Source of the DNA: an uncultured Bacteroidales bacterium
Lineage (GTDB): Bacteria > Bacteroidota > Bacteroidia > Bacteroidales > Bacteroidaceae
Direction: 5' to 3'
Assembly (NCBI GenBank): GCA_902791675.1
Contig: CADAWW010000005.1
Coordinates: 1-45,073 of the forward strand
DNA: 45,073 bases
Shown piece after piece: positions 33,524-43,074 of the stretch. The position numbers and the translations under genes are program-made. Position 1 is the first letter of the stretch. Each line of letters starts with the position of its first letter. The notes below the pieces were generated by a model, which was not told the DNA's origin, did not search any database, and saw only the letters and a program-made list of their open reading frames with translations.

Positions 33524-33925
33524 ATGGTCAACTTTCCAGGAACCTCCAATATTTTTAAGGTTAAGGGTAAGTTGACGATCGCCTAGATGGCCCTTTGTTT
33601 CCAGTGAATCACAGACAATAATATTGCTTGCCGAATAAAGTATAGAGGCAAAATTGCCTTCTATTTCACAATCTTGAGCCTTTATTTTGACATCTTCGGA
33701 AATGATAGATAAGTCATCTTCTGTAAGATTAGACGCAAACCAAAGAACGTCCTCCTTTCCTCTTTCGGTACATAAATTGTCACAAGTTTTGAAATCGCAT
33801 GTGTACAAACTCGTCAAGAAAGCTCTTCCTGTGTCTGTAGCCTTTTTGCTATTACAAGAGCATCCGCTCAGCAGAAACATAGAAAATGTACATACTATAA
33901 ATGTGATAAGATATGATATTCTCAT
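33512..33925 (-). CDS. Small lipoprotein, function unknown
   Basis: Lipobox FLLSGCS in a 137-aa protein. It has its own -7 box and overlaps the convergent Omp85 gene by 12 nt. Confidence 0.6.
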   Translation of the reverse strand: MRISYLITFIVCTFSMFLLSGCSCNSKKATDTGRAFLTSLYTCDFKTCDNLCTERGKEDVLWFASNLTEDDLSIISEDVKIKAQDCEIEGNFASILYSASNIIVCDSLETKGHLGDRQLTLNLKNIGGSWKVDHLEW

Positions 33926-33947
33926 TGTACAATCAAATTATATTACA

Positions 33948-33955
33948 CAAAACTA
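33948..33955 (-). promoter_or_regulatory. -7 box (TAGTTTTG on the minus strand) for the lipoprotein gene
   Basis: TAnnTTTG match 22 nt upstream of the ATG at 33925. Confidence 0.5.
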
Positions 33956-33987
33956 TAGAAAAATTTGTAATTATTCTATAATTGGCG

Positions 33988-33995
33988 TAAATTTG
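33988..33995 (+). promoter_or_regulatory. -7 box (TAAATTTG) for the MBL hydrolase gene
   Basis: TAnnTTTG match 19 nt upstream of the ATG at 34015. Confidence 0.5.
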
Positions 33996-34014
33996 CAGGT
34001 AAAATTAATAAATT

Positions 34015-34821
34015 ATGCTAAAATTCCTCTCTTTGGGGTCAGGTAGCAGTGGAAATTGCTACTTTTTGACCACAGGAAATACAAGCATTCTCATTGATGC
34101 TGGAATAGGTATCAGGGTTTTGAAAAAGACGCTGAAAACCTATGGTATTGATATTGACCAGATAGATGCCGTTTTTGTAACTCATGATCATGCTGACCAT
34201 ATAAAGGCTGTAGGAAATCTGGCCAATGAGTATAATAAGCTAGTGTACTCAACCGAAAAGGTTCATGCTGGAATTAATACCAATTATTGCATGACTAGCA
34301 AGCTTACCGAGAAGCATATAAGAATTGTCCAAAAAGATGTTCCTTTACAATTAGGTGATTTATGTATTACCCCGTTTGATGTCCCTCATGACAGTAGTGA
34401 TTGCGTTGGATATCGTGTAGAAGCTGACGGCATTGTTTTTTGTCTGATAACTGATGCCGGTCATGTTACAAGCGTTATGGAAGAGCAAGTTTCAAAGGCT
34501 AATTACCTGGTTCTTGAGGCTAACCATGATGAAGATATGCTTATGATGGGTACTTATCCGGCTTATCTGAAAGGAAGAATTAGGGGCGATAAGGGTCATC
34601 TGTGTAATAAAGAGTCTGCAAAACTTATAGCAGAGCATGCAACTCCTATATTGAAACATGTATGGTTATGTCATCTTAGCGAAGAGAATAATCACCCCGA
34701 ACTGGCACGTAAAACAGTTGAAGGCTTACTTCGAAGTTTTGGTATAATACCTGGCGTTGACTTTGAATTAGATATCCTTAAAAGAAAGTCTCCCTCTGAT
34801 TTGTACGAGTTAAAGCCATAA
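34015..34821 (+). CDS. MBL-fold metallo-hydrolase
   Basis: MLKFLSLGSGSSGNCY...ILIDAG...VFVTHDHADH is the beta-lactamase-fold HxHxDH motif. Length is 268 aa. Confidence 0.82.
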   Translation: MLKFLSLGSGSSGNCYFLTTGNTSILIDAGIGIRVLKKTLKTYGIDIDQIDAVFVTHDHADHIKAVGNLANEYNKLVYSTEKVHAGINTNYCMTSKLTEKHIRIVQKDVPLQLGDLCITPFDVPHDSSDCVGYRVEADGIVFCLITDAGHVTSVMEEQVSKANYLVLEANHDEDMLMMGTYPAYLKGRIRGDKGHLCNKESAKLIAEHATPILKHVWLCHLSEENNHPELARKTVEGLLRSFGIIPGVDFELDILKRKSPSDLYELKP

Positions 34822-34866
34822 CAAAAAAAAAGTAATAAAACATTTGCTCAATTCGGCAAAAGTCCG

Positions 34867-34874
34867 TACCTTTG
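34867..34874 (+). promoter_or_regulatory. -7 box (TACCTTTG) for the tRNA-Lys pair
   Basis: TAnnTTTG match 22 nt upstream of the first tRNA, with a TTTG at 34843-34846 as a -33 candidate. Confidence 0.55.
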
Positions 34875-34896
34875 CACTCGCAAAAACGAAACATAT

Positions 34897-34969
34897 GCGT
34901 CCTTAGCTCAGTTGGTAGAGCAATTGACTCTTAATCAATGGGTCCAGGGTTCGAGCCCCTGAGGGCGTA
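34897..34969 (+). tRNA. tRNA-Lys (anticodon CTT)
   Basis: I folded a 73-nt cloverleaf by hand. The acceptor stem is gcgtcct/agggcgt (two G-U pairs), the D arm is gctc/gagc, and the anticodon stem is attga/tcaat with loop ctCTTaa. The T arm is caggg/ccctg with loop ttcgagc. CCA is not encoded. Confidence 0.9.
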
Positions 34970-34997
34970 CAAAGGAAATAAAATGTTCCGTTTTGAC

Positions 34998-35070
34998 GCG
35001 TCCTTAGCTCAGTTGGTAGAGCAATTGACTCTTAATCAATGGGTCCAGGGTTCGAGCCCCTGAGGGCGTA
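34998..35070 (+). tRNA. tRNA-Lys (anticodon CTT), identical second copy
   Basis: Its sequence is identical to 34897-34969, with a 28-nt spacer between the copies. Confidence 0.9.
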
Positions 35071-35077
35071 CAATAAG

Positions 35078-35109
35078 AAAGGGTGGACTCTAAGGTTCAT
35101 CCTTTTTTT
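35078..35109 (+). terminator. Rho-independent terminator after the tRNA pair
   Basis: An 11-bp stem (aaagggtggac / gttcatccttt, two G-U pairs) with loop tctaag, followed by additional T residues. Confidence 0.7.
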
Positions 35110-35141
35110 CGTATAAGAAAAACAAAATAAATTTATATATA

Positions 35142-36932
35142 ATGTATAGGACAAAAACTTGTGGTGAGTTGCGTCTCACCAATGTTGGCGAGAATGTAAC
35201 ATTAGCTGGATGGGTACAGAGTGTACACAATCTGGGTGCCTTGACTTTTGTTGACTTGAGAGACCGTTATGGCATTACGCAGCTGGCGTTTACTGAAGAT
35301 GCTCCGGAGGAGCTGCGCCAGAAAGCAGGAAGACTGGGACGTGAGTTTGTTCTGCAGGCAACAGGGGTTGTGGCAGAACGTTATTCCAAGAACAAGAATA
35401 TCCCAACTGGTGAGATTGAAATTCTTGTTGAAGAGTTGAACGTTTTGAATGAAAGCGCAACGCCTCCATTTACTATCGAGGAAAACTCTGATGGCGGCGA
35501 TGATCTTCGTATGAAATACCGTTATCTTGACCTTCGTCGTCCTGTTGTGCGTCAGAATTTAGAACTTCGTCATAAGTTTGCTTTTGAGGTTCGCCGTTAT
35601 CTTGATGCGCAGGGTTTCTTGGAGATCGAGACTCCTGTTCTTGTTAACAGTACACCAGAAGGTGCTCGCGACTTTGTAGTGCCAAGTCGTATGAATCCTG
35701 GTCAGTTCTATGCACTTCCTCAGAGTCCTCAGACACTGAAGCAGCTGTTGATGGTTGCTGGCATGGACCGTTATTTCCAGATTGTGAAATGTTTCCGCGA
35801 CGAGGATCTTCGTGCCGACCGTCAGCCCGAATTCACACAGATTGACTGCGAAATGTCTTTCGTTGAGCAGGAAGATATACTCCAGATGTTCGAGGGTATG
35901 AGCCGTCATCTGTTCAAGGCTATCAAGGGTATTGACATTCCGCCCCTTCCACGTATGACGTGGGCTGATGCCATGAAGTATTATGGCAGCGATAAGCCTG
36001 ATACCCGTTTTGGCATGAAGTTCGTTGAGCTGAAGAACAACCAGCCTGATAATGCTTCTCGCGAGATTGTGGAGAGTATCTTCCCCGAAGGTTTCGCCGT
36101 ATTCGATGGCGCTGCCTATATCGGTGCTATCTGTGCTGAGGGTCAGGCTGTTTATACTCGCAAGCAGATTGACCAGCTGACAGACTTCGTTAAGCGTCCT
36201 CAGATTGGTGCCAAGGGACTTGTTTATGCTCGTGTCGAAGAGGATGGCAATGTTAAGAGTTCCGTTGATAAGTTCTATACTCCCGAGACGTTGCAGGTTC
36301 TTAAGCAGAAGATGGATGCCAAGCCTGGTGACCTGATTCTTATCCTTTGTGGTGACGATGCTATGAAGGTACGTAAGCAGCTTTCAGAGCTTCGTCTCGA
36401 GATGGGGTCCCGGATGGGCCTCAGAGATAAGGGTAAATACTCTTGTCTTTGGGTTATAGACTTCCCGATGTACGAGTGGAGTGATGAGGAGCAGCGTCTG
36501 ATGGCTATGCATCATCCGTTTACATCTCCCAAGCCCGAGGATATTCCATTGCTTGATACTGATCCTGCCAGCGTTCGCGCCAATGCCTACGATATGGTAA
36601 TCAATGGTGTCGAAGTTGGTGGCGGCAGTATCCGTATACATGACGCCAATACACAGCAGAAGATTTTCGAGATTCTGGGCTTTACCCCTGAACAGGCTCA
36701 GCAGAAGTTCGGCTTCCTGATGAATGCCTTCAAGTACGGTGCACCTCCACACGGAGGTCTAGCTTACGGGTTGGACCGTTTCGTAAGTCTGTTTGCTGGC
36801 CTCGACAGCATCCGAGACTGCATAGCTTTCCCAAAAAATAACAGCGGCCGTGATGTTATGTTGGATGCTCCTGGCTTCTTGGAAAAGGCTCAGTTGGAAG
36901 AGTTAAACCTTCAGGTTGTTGCTCAGGAGTAA
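35142..36932 (+). CDS. aspS: Aspartate--tRNA ligase
   Basis: 596 aa. An N-terminal OB anticodon-binding domain ([11 protein letters not shown]...) is followed by class II motifs ([24 protein letters not shown]; GGGSIRIH; GLDR) and a bacterial GAD insertion. Confidence 0.95.
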   Translation: MYRTKTCGELRLTNVGENVTLAGWVQSVHNLGALTFVDLRDRYGITQLAFTEDAPEELRQKAGRLGREFVLQATGVVAERYSKNKNIPTGEIEILVEELNVLNESATPPFTIEENSDGGDDLRMKYRYLDLRRPVVRQNLELRHKFAFEVRRYLDAQGFLEIETPVLVNSTPEGARDFVVPSRMNPGQFYALPQSPQTLKQLLMVAGMDRYFQIVKCFRDEDLRADRQPEFTQIDCEMSFVEQEDILQMFEGMSRHLFKAIKGIDIPPLPRMTWADAMKYYGSDKPDTRFGMKFVELKNNQPDNASREIVESIFPEGFAVFDGAAYIGAICAEGQAVYTRKQIDQLTDFVKRPQIGAKGLVYARVEEDGNVKSSVDKFYTPETLQVLKQKMDAKPGDLILILCGDDAMKVRKQLSELRLEMGSRMGLRDKGKYSCLWVIDFPMYEWSDEEQRLMAMHHPFTSPKPEDIPLLDTDPASVRANAYDMVINGVEVGGGSIRIHDANTQQKIFEILGFTPEQAQQKFGFLMNAFKYGAPPHGGLAYGLDRFVSLFAGLDSIRDCIAFPKNNSGRDVMLDAPGFLEKAQLEELNLQVVAQE

Positions 36933-36945
36933 TAAGTCAGATAAT

Positions 36946-36993
36946 AAAACCAAGAAGGCTGTATGATGTTATGCATACAGCCTTCTTGGTTTT
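36946..36993. terminator. Bidirectional rho-independent terminator between aspS and the RNase E/G gene
   Basis: A 20-bp perfect inverted repeat (aaaaccaagaaggctgtatg / catacagccttcttggtttt) with an 8-nt loop. Confidence 0.85.
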
Positions 36994-37006
36994 AATGTCG
37001 TGGTTT

Positions 37007-38581
37007 TTAACGTATTTCCACTTCTTCCTTCATGTCTATTTCCTGTCCGTCGGCATCCATGAACTGATATTCCAGGAACGCCAGTTTTTGGCTGGGTATT
37101 ACCTTTACGCCAAGTCCGTATTTCCATTGCCATTTACGTTTTAGTGAGAAAAGCCCCCGGCAAAGGAATGCATATACGTAGGGGTGAACGTATAGATTGA
37201 AACGCTTTATGCCCAACTTCTTGTTCAGTAGTTTGATTTTTCCTTCCAGAACGCTTTCAAAAAGGAAACTGCTCTTAATCTTTCCTGTCCCGTGACAGGT
37301 GGGACAAGATTCCTCAACCTGCACATCCATAACGGGTCTTACACGTTGGCGGGTAATCTGCATCAGTCCGAATTTGGAAAGTGGAAGAATGTTGTGGCGG
37401 GCACGGTCGCGCTTCATGTTTTCACACATGTGCTCATAAAGCGCCTGACGGTCTTCTGCTAATTTCATATCAATAAAATCAACTACTATGATACCGCCCA
37501 TATCCCTCAGTCTCAGTTGGCGTGCCAATTCGTCAGCAGCACCCAGATTTACCTCCAGTGCATTGGCTTCTTGTCCGTTTTTGTTCTTGGCTCGGTTACC
37601 ACTGTTAACGTCCACCACGTGCAGAGCCTCGGTGTGCTCAATAATCAGATATGCTCCGTGCTTGTATGAAACGGTACGTCCGAATCCCGACTTTATCTGT
37701 CTTGTAATGTCAAAGTTGTCAAAGATTGGTAGATTTCCCTTGTAAAGTTTTACAACGCTTAGTCTGTCGGGGGCAATCATTGTGACGTAGTCTTTAACCT
37801 CATGGAAAACATTCTCATTGTTAACATAGATGTTTTCGTAGCTTGGGTTAAAGAGGTCTCTCAGCATACCTACGGTACGACTTGTCTCTTCGTAAACAAG
37901 TGTGGGCTGTGTCTTGGCTTTCTGAGCTTGTATTAAACAGTCTTCCCAACGTTTTGTGAGCACCTTTAGTTCTGTGTCAATTTCAGCTACTCGTTTCCCT
38001 TCTGCTACTGTTCGTACTATCACACCACAATTATGTGGCTTTATGCTTTGAATAATTTGTTTAAGCCTTGACCGTTCTTCAGCACTCTTAATTTTGGTCG
38101 AGATGGAGACTTTGTCGTCAAAAGGTATTAGAACCAAGTAGCGTCCGGGGAAGGATATTTCACAGGTCAGACGGGGACCTTTTGTGCTAATGGGTTCCTT
38201 CACTATCTGTACTAGTATTTCCTGTCCTTGCTGCAGTACATTCTGTACGCTGCCTGTTTTCTCCAGTTCATTTTGGAATGTAGCTTTCTCAAAAGGGTAA
38301 AGGTTCTTCTTGTCATTTAGTACCTGTTTCAAGTATTTTGCATACGAGTTAAATTGTACCCCTAAGTCCAGATAGTGCAGAAAAGCATCTCGTTCATGTC
38401 CTACGTTAACAAAACAGGCGTTTAGACCAGGCATTAATTTGCGGACTTTAGCCAAATAGATATTGCCTACCGAGAAAGAGGCTGACTGTTCCTCTTCCTG
38501 GTATTCCACAAGTTTCTTGTCTTCAGTAAGGGCAATTGCAATCTTTTTGGGCTGGACGTCAATGAAAAGTTCGCTTGTCAT
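37007..38581 (-). CDS. Ribonuclease E/G family protein
   Basis: 524 aa. An S1 domain (GNIYLAKVRKLMPGLNACFVNVG) is followed by the RNase E/G catalytic core (HVVDVNSG...; GGIIVVDFIDM) and a Zn-link-like CPTCHGTG. Confidence 0.88.
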   Translation of the reverse strand: MTSELFIDVQPKKIAIALTEDKKLVEYQEEEQSASFSVGNIYLAKVRKLMPGLNACFVNVGHERDAFLHYLDLGVQFNSYAKYLKQVLNDKKNLYPFEKATFQNELEKTGSVQNVLQQGQEILVQIVKEPISTKGPRLTCEISFPGRYLVLIPFDDKVSISTKIKSAEERSRLKQIIQSIKPHNCGVIVRTVAEGKRVAEIDTELKVLTKRWEDCLIQAQKAKTQPTLVYEETSRTVGMLRDLFNPSYENIYVNNENVFHEVKDYVTMIAPDRLSVVKLYKGNLPIFDNFDITRQIKSGFGRTVSYKHGAYLIIEHTEALHVVDVNSGNRAKNKNGQEANALEVNLGAADELARQLRLRDMGGIIVVDFIDMKLAEDRQALYEHMCENMKRDRARHNILPLSKFGLMQITRQRVRPVMDVQVEESCPTCHGTGKIKSSFLFESVLEGKIKLLNKKLGIKRFNLYVHPYVYAFLCRGLFSLKRKWQWKYGLGVKVIPSQKLAFLEYQFMDADGQEIDMKEEVEIR

Positions 38582-38615
38582 TCTTGTCTTTCTTGTTTTG
38601 TTAAATCCTAATCTT

Positions 38616-38653
38616 AAAAAAGACTCGGTGACATGTTGAAGTCTGTCACCGAG
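38616..38653 (-). terminator. Rho-independent terminator downstream of the 29-aa gene, 35 nt upstream of the RNase E/G ATG
   Basis: The minus strand reads ctcggtgaca-(10-nt loop)-tgtcaccgag, followed by tctttttt. Confidence 0.75.
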
Positions 38654-38675
38654 CCATGTCTTCTGAGAAGTACTT

Positions 38676-38765
38676 TTACTTGCTCTTATGTCTGTTCTTT
38701 CTCAGTCTCTTCTTACGCTTGTGAGTAGACATTTTGTGTCTCTTATGCTTCTTTCCGTTTGGCAT
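38676..38765 (-). CDS. 29-aa highly basic protein, bS22 / AURKAIP1-COX24-type small ribosomal protein
   Basis: My own translation is MPNGKKHKRHKMSTHKRKKRLRKNRHKSK*. It is too short for the ORF track. It has its own -7 box at 38817-38824 and terminator at 38616-38653. It matches my memory of the tiny Lys/Arg-rich genes annotated this way in Bacteroidota. Confidence 0.7.
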   Translation of the reverse strand: MPNGKKHKRHKMSTHKRKKRLRKNRHKSK

Positions 38766-38816
38766 AATTGTTTGTTATTTATGGGTTAGTACTAATATTT
38801 CTTCCTTTTTGGTGTG

Positions 38817-38824
38817 CAAAAGTA
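38817..38824 (-). promoter_or_regulatory. -7 box (TACTTTTG on the minus strand) for the 29-aa gene
   Basis: TAnnTTTG match 51 nt upstream of the ATG at 38765. Confidence 0.5.
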
Positions 38825-38909
38825 CAATTTTTATCTCAAAGCCGAAAGTATTTCCTTGTTTTTTTATCATAAAAACAATACAGACGCTTGTTTCTCCTTG
38901 TTTTTTGTG

Positions 38910-38917
38910 TAATTTTG
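38910..38917 (+). promoter_or_regulatory. -7 box (TAATTTTG) for mutY
   Basis: TAnnTTTG match 28 nt upstream of the ATG at 38946. Confidence 0.5.
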
Positions 38918-38945
38918 TAATTCGGAAGTAGTCAAAAAGCAGAAA

Positions 38946-39971
38946 ATGGCCGATTTTACAGCAAAAATTGAGCAGTGGTATAGACAGCATAAAAGGGCTT
39001 TGCCTTGGCGTGAAACTACCGACCCATATTATATATGGCTTTCTGAGATAATTCTTCAGCAAACAAGGGTAGAGCAGGGTTGGGCATACTATGAGCGGTT
39101 TGTCTCAGCTTTCCCTTCTGTGCAGGCATTGGCTGCTGCTTCAGAAGAGCAAGTACTCCTTCTTTGGCAAGGCCTAGGTTATTACAGTAGAGCAAGGAAT
39201 TTGCTTAAGGCTGCACAGCAGATTGCCGCACTGGGTTCTTTCCCTTCCGATTATAAAAGCATTCTTTCTTTACCAGGTGTTGGTCCTTATACAGCAGCAG
39301 CTATTGCCAGTTTTTCGTTCGGTCAGCCTTGTGCTGTTGTGGATGGAAACGTATTCCGCATTCTGTCAAGATACTTCGGGATAGAAACACCTATCGACTC
39401 TACTAAGGGAAGGAAAGAGTTCTTAGCTTTGGCTGATGAGTTGTTGGATAAGAAGCGCCCAGCTCTTTACAATCAGGCTATTATGGATTTTGGTGCTGTC
39501 GTATGTAAACCCTCTGGAACAGGTTGTTCCTTTTGTCCTCTCAATGAAACATGCATGGCCTATGCACAGAACCTAGTGGAGCATTTGCCTGTCAAGGAAA
39601 AGAAGATGGGGCAAAAAACTCGTTGGTTATCATATGTCTATGTTTGTACCGATGAAGAAGAGGTCCTTATAAGTAGAAGAACAAAAGATGACATCTGGAA
39701 GGGTCTCTATGAATTTCCTATGATTGAGTCTTCAGAGGATCTTTCTCTTGCCTCTTTGCAGCAACTTTTTCCGCAGGGGCTATGGACAATGCTTCGGCAT
39801 GGTTTTGTACACCAGTTAACACATCAGCGCCTTTTAGTCAATTTTTATCTATTGGAACTTCCCAAGAAAGATGTCTCTCTTCAGGGACAATGGGTAAAGA
39901 AATCGGAACTTCAAAATTACGCATTTCCCCAGCTCTTAATCAAGTTGCTAAGTTACGCCGACTACTGCTAA
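38946..39971 (+). CDS. mutY: A/G-specific adenine DNA glycosylase
   Basis: WYRQHKRALPWRETTDPYYIWLSEIILQQTRV, an HhH-GPD region (LPGVGPYTAAAIASF...VVDGNV), a 4Fe-4S cluster loop (C-x6-C-x2-C-x5-C: CKPSGTGCSFCPLNETC), and a C-terminal NUDIX-like domain. Confidence 0.88.
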   Translation: MADFTAKIEQWYRQHKRALPWRETTDPYYIWLSEIILQQTRVEQGWAYYERFVSAFPSVQALAAASEEQVLLLWQGLGYYSRARNLLKAAQQIAALGSFPSDYKSILSLPGVGPYTAAAIASFSFGQPCAVVDGNVFRILSRYFGIETPIDSTKGRKEFLALADELLDKKRPALYNQAIMDFGAVVCKPSGTGCSFCPLNETCMAYAQNLVEHLPVKEKKMGQKTRWLSYVYVCTDEEEVLISRRTKDDIWKGLYEFPMIESSEDLSLASLQQLFPQGLWTMLRHGFVHQLTHQRLLVNFYLLELPKKDVSLQGQWVKKSELQNYAFPQLLIKLLSYADYC

Positions 39972-40016
39972 GTCATGCTGACTACAAATATTGACTATCC
40001 TAATTTACCTTTGGTT

Positions 40017-40056
40017 CATTCCCCTTATCAGAATGTCCGTTCAGATAAGGGGAATG
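40017..40056. terminator. Hairpin between the convergent mutY and GH43 genes
   Basis: A 13-bp perfect stem (cattccccttatc / gataaggggaatg) with a 14-nt loop. There is no clear U-tract, so terminator function is tentative. Confidence 0.4.
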
Positions 40057-40092
40057 AGTAATGGAGATTATCCGGATGAAGTGAAAGAGAAT

Positions 40093-41175
40093 TTAAAATT
40101 TGGGACGGTTTACAATCCATGTTGGATGAGTGGTAGGGTTCCCTTTATGGTCTACAAAGGTGAGACGGCCATCAAGGTCTTTAAGCTCCATCAGTATCAT
40201 GGGGCGGGGACGATAATCACCACGGCGAGGAATAAGACCTTCGCAGTGAGCATGCATAATCATGAACATACGACCTTCACGGTCTGTTATTATTTCTCCG
40301 TTATGACCTGCACCGTTCAAAATGGCATCAACACTCTCTGACGTTAGCACAGGCTGTGGCTCGCTCCACCCGGTTAGAAGATTTTTGGAAGTGCTTAGGC
40401 ATAGGGTATATTCATGGTTGTTGAAATGATTTCTCGAGCAATAGAAGTAGTAGAGCTCCTTGTATTTATAGATGTAGCCGCCCTCGTACGCTGTGGTGAT
40501 ATAATGGGGTTCACTGCCTTTGGCATAATGGATACCATCTTTGGCTAATTCGCGGATATAGTTGCCTTTACTGTTTACATCGCCATAAACAAGGTAATGG
40601 CGTCCGTCATCATCACAGAAATATTGCCCGTCCTGTGGCGTAGGATGTTCAGGTGTTCCTACGTTCAGAGTGTTTACGTACCGGAAGGGACTGTCTATGT
40701 TGTCAGCCACACAAACCACCTGACGGTCGTTCTCCATCGATACAAAAAGTGTCAGATATACCACCAGCTTTCCTTTAATTAGTGCTGGACTGGGTGCCCA
40801 ATAGTTGATGTTCTGTTTACCAGCACCTGTGTGCATAGGGTCGAGAATACCATCCCCATATGGGTCATGAGGATTGGGGCCAGGAAACATGTCGCGATAG
40901 TAAGTCCAGTTACAGAGGTCTTGGCTTCGATATATCTTGATAGGATAGCCTGTCTTGAAGCAGTAGAACCACTTTCCTATTTTTACTAAAGATGGGTCTG
41001 GACAGTCAAAGTCTGTTACAGGATTCATGGCTACTGTCTTATCAGGCATATCTTTACGCAGTTCGAACAGAGCTTTATCGGCTATCATTTGTTTATTTGG
41101 TATCTGGGCCTCAATGCTCAGAATTCCTATGAAGGGAAGAATGGTGGCGAAGAAATAAATTTTCATCATGGTCAT
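40093..41175 (-). CDS. Glycoside hydrolase family 43-like protein (secreted)
   Basis: A signal peptide is followed by the GH43 motif order: CPDPSLVK..WFYCF (catalytic base Asp), YWAPSP, DGQYFCDDDGRHYLVYG (Asp), and YEGGYIYKYKELYYFYCS (catalytic Glu). Confidence 0.7.
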   Translation of the reverse strand: MTMMKIYFFATILPFIGILSIEAQIPNKQMIADKALFELRKDMPDKTVAMNPVTDFDCPDPSLVKIGKWFYCFKTGYPIKIYRSQDLCNWTYYRDMFPGPNPHDPYGDGILDPMHTGAGKQNINYWAPSPALIKGKLVVYLTLFVSMENDRQVVCVADNIDSPFRYVNTLNVGTPEHPTPQDGQYFCDDDGRHYLVYGDVNSKGNYIRELAKDGIHYAKGSEPHYITTAYEGGYIYKYKELYYFYCSRNHFNNHEYTLCLSTSKNLLTGWSEPQPVLTSESVDAILNGAGHNGEIITDREGRMFMIMHAHCEGLIPRRGDYRPRPMILMELKDLDGRLTFVDHKGNPTTHPTWIVNRPKF

Positions 41176-41229
41176 ATTTTATAAATAGGGTCAATCCCCA
41201 TATTTGGATGAGGTACAGGAGAGAACGGG

Positions 41230-43074
41230 TTAGCGTTTCCACTGAAAATGGTAACGGAAACGACGATTGGGGGCTGTGTCTCCTGTGGTAGAGACGGAGA
41301 TGATGTCTGATGGGTCTGTAGGATTATCTGCCCACTTGAAATTTAAGGTGATGGCGTTACCCTTCATGTGGAGGCTCTTTCTGGGAACGTTTATGGTAAG
41401 GCGGTTGCCTTCTGTGCTCATGGCTACTGAGGCTGTGGCTTGCCATTGTTGGGTGCCTGCATCATAACGCAGAAGCTGACCCTCGCTTACCAAATAGTCA
41501 AAATCTTCCCAACCTGTAGAATGCGTATCAGTATCAATGTATAATAGCATCCAGTTCTTATCAGTAGCAGGGGTGAGGTTTTCTGCTGTTACGACTTCAA
41601 ATACAATGTCTTTTTTCGTAACGCTAACCTTTGTTTCAGTGATGTCATTACGACCTGAGGTGTCAGTATAATGCAAGCCTCCATATCCGTTATGATCACG
41701 ATGTATGTTATCACCGCGTGTATCATGATATGTGGCAGGGGAATTGTATCCAATAGAAATAGGCTGTGGTCTTACACCCTTATACCGTCTGATATTCTGC
41801 ACCATCTGCATGTAGTAATTGTCGGTGTAACCGCCTTTCATGGGTTGGATGCTACGGTTAAACTCAGCATTGTACTGGTCAACGAAATAGAAGGGATTCT
41901 CTCTGCCCAAGAAGGTTTTAGGACCTGGTACTGTTTCGCTGCCAGGAGCAAGGCCCGAACGGTATTTGCCTGCAGTCCATTCGTTCCAGTCGTTGATGTA
42001 AATGAAATCCGGATCTACGCTGAGTGCTTCGTCCCAACGGTCTTGGAAATAGATTCCGTAGCCTTCTGGGTTTGCAACAGTTTTGCCCAACCATGGGACG
42101 TAGGCAGAATCGGGTAGGTCATATTGGTTAAGTGCGGGTTCTTTTGTCTCTCTGCGCCAACTTTTTCCTGTAATGCTGAGGGGATGTTGGGCAGGTGTTA
42201 CAGCCATTTCCTCGAGATGTCCCTGATGCCGTGAAGCAAGGTCACGTGGCTGCATGTCAGCCACACGCTTGTCGTTCATTTCATAGCCAAAGCTCCAGCT
42301 GTCTTCTGTACCCACATAGCGATGACCGCCCCATTCGTAATACCCCCACCACATGTTACGTAGGGTGAAGAAGTCGTATATCTCCTGTGGGTATGAGCCA
42401 TTATTATATCCTCCTCCATTAGCATCATGGTCGGGTTCTGCATTGTAAAGTAACAGAGGTTTACCTTGCCAATGGAACCAGAAGTCCTGTGCTATACCTT
42501 TTTTATATATACGCTCAAAAAGTTGGGTTACTACGCTTACAACATTTCCGTTGAAGGCCCAGAAGCAGAACTGGGGAACAGGATTGCCCAGTGAGTGCAT
42601 CTTCTGCATCTCATCAAAAAGAACGGACCATTCATCCCAATATAAGACGGCATTGGTGACATCCAGAATCAGCACGTCAACGCCAGCATCGGCCAACATG
42701 GAAAGGTCACGACGGATTAGCCAGCGGTCCTGACTGAGGAAATACCCAGCCTCTGGTTCTCCCCAATGGAGGCTCCATTCCTTCCATGCTGGATGGTAAG
42801 CGTCCAATCGGGCTTCCGGTGCTTTCTGAAGGGTACGTGTAACATCACCGCCATAAGGAGAGCTGAGCCCGAACTTACCTTCATCGTGCCATGTGATATA
42901 GAAAATACCTACGGTACGATTTTTATCGGTACGGAGGGGAACTTCTAAAGCTGTGGGCATAATACGACCCAGTGCATCTGATGCTACCCATGTATCTGAT
43001 TTCAGGTCTATAACTTGTGCAAATGAAGAAATGCACAGGAAAAGAAAAAGAAAGAGAAAGCCGTGTTTTATCAT
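41230..43074 (-). CDS. Putative secreted glycoside hydrolase (GH99/GH71-like TIM barrel by motif) with a C-terminal beta-sandwich-like domain
   Basis: A signal peptide, then VGIFYITWH and INDWNEWTAG motifs reminiscent of the FYYPWY / NEWHEG motifs of GH99-type enzymes. The family assignment is uncertain. Confidence 0.4.
   Translation of the reverse strand: MIKHGFLFLFLFLCISSFAQVIDLKSDTWVASDALGRIMPTALEVPLRTDKNRTVGIFYITWHDEGKFGLSSPYGGDVTRTLQKAPEARLDAYHPAWKEWSLHWGEPEAGYFLSQDRWLIRRDLSMLADAGVDVLILDVTNAVLYWDEWSVLFDEMQKMHSLGNPVPQFCFWAFNGNVVSVVTQLFERIYKKGIAQDFWFHWQGKPLLLYNAEPDHDANGGGYNNGSYPQEIYDFFTLRNMWWGYYEWGGHRYVGTEDSWSFGYEMNDKRVADMQPRDLASRHQGHLEEMAVTPAQHPLSITGKSWRRETKEPALNQYDLPDSAYVPWLGKTVANPEGYGIYFQDRWDEALSVDPDFIYINDWNEWTAGKYRSGLAPGSETVPGPKTFLGRENPFYFVDQYNAEFNRSIQPMKGGYTDNYYMQMVQNIRRYKGVRPQPISIGYNSPATYHDTRGDNIHRDHNGYGGLHYTDTSGRNDITETKVSVTKKDIVFEVVTAENLTPATDKNWMLLYIDTDTHSTGWEDFDYLVSEGQLLRYDAGTQQWQATASVAMSTEGNRLTINVPRKSLHMKGNAITLNFKWADNPTDPSDIISVSTTGDTAPNRRFRYHFQWKR

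Noticed and set aside
34897-35141. Integration of a mobile element at the tRNA-Lys locus.
   Set aside because: There is no integrase, no partial tRNA direct repeat elsewhere in the window, and the flanking genes (MBL hydrolase, aspS) are ordinary core genes.
39991-40341. A 116-aa plus-strand ORF starting in the mutY/GH43 intergenic region.
   Set aside because: It begins inside the terminator-like hairpin region and mostly overlaps the 3' end of the GH43 gene on the opposite strand. It has no motifs and an alternative-start artefact.
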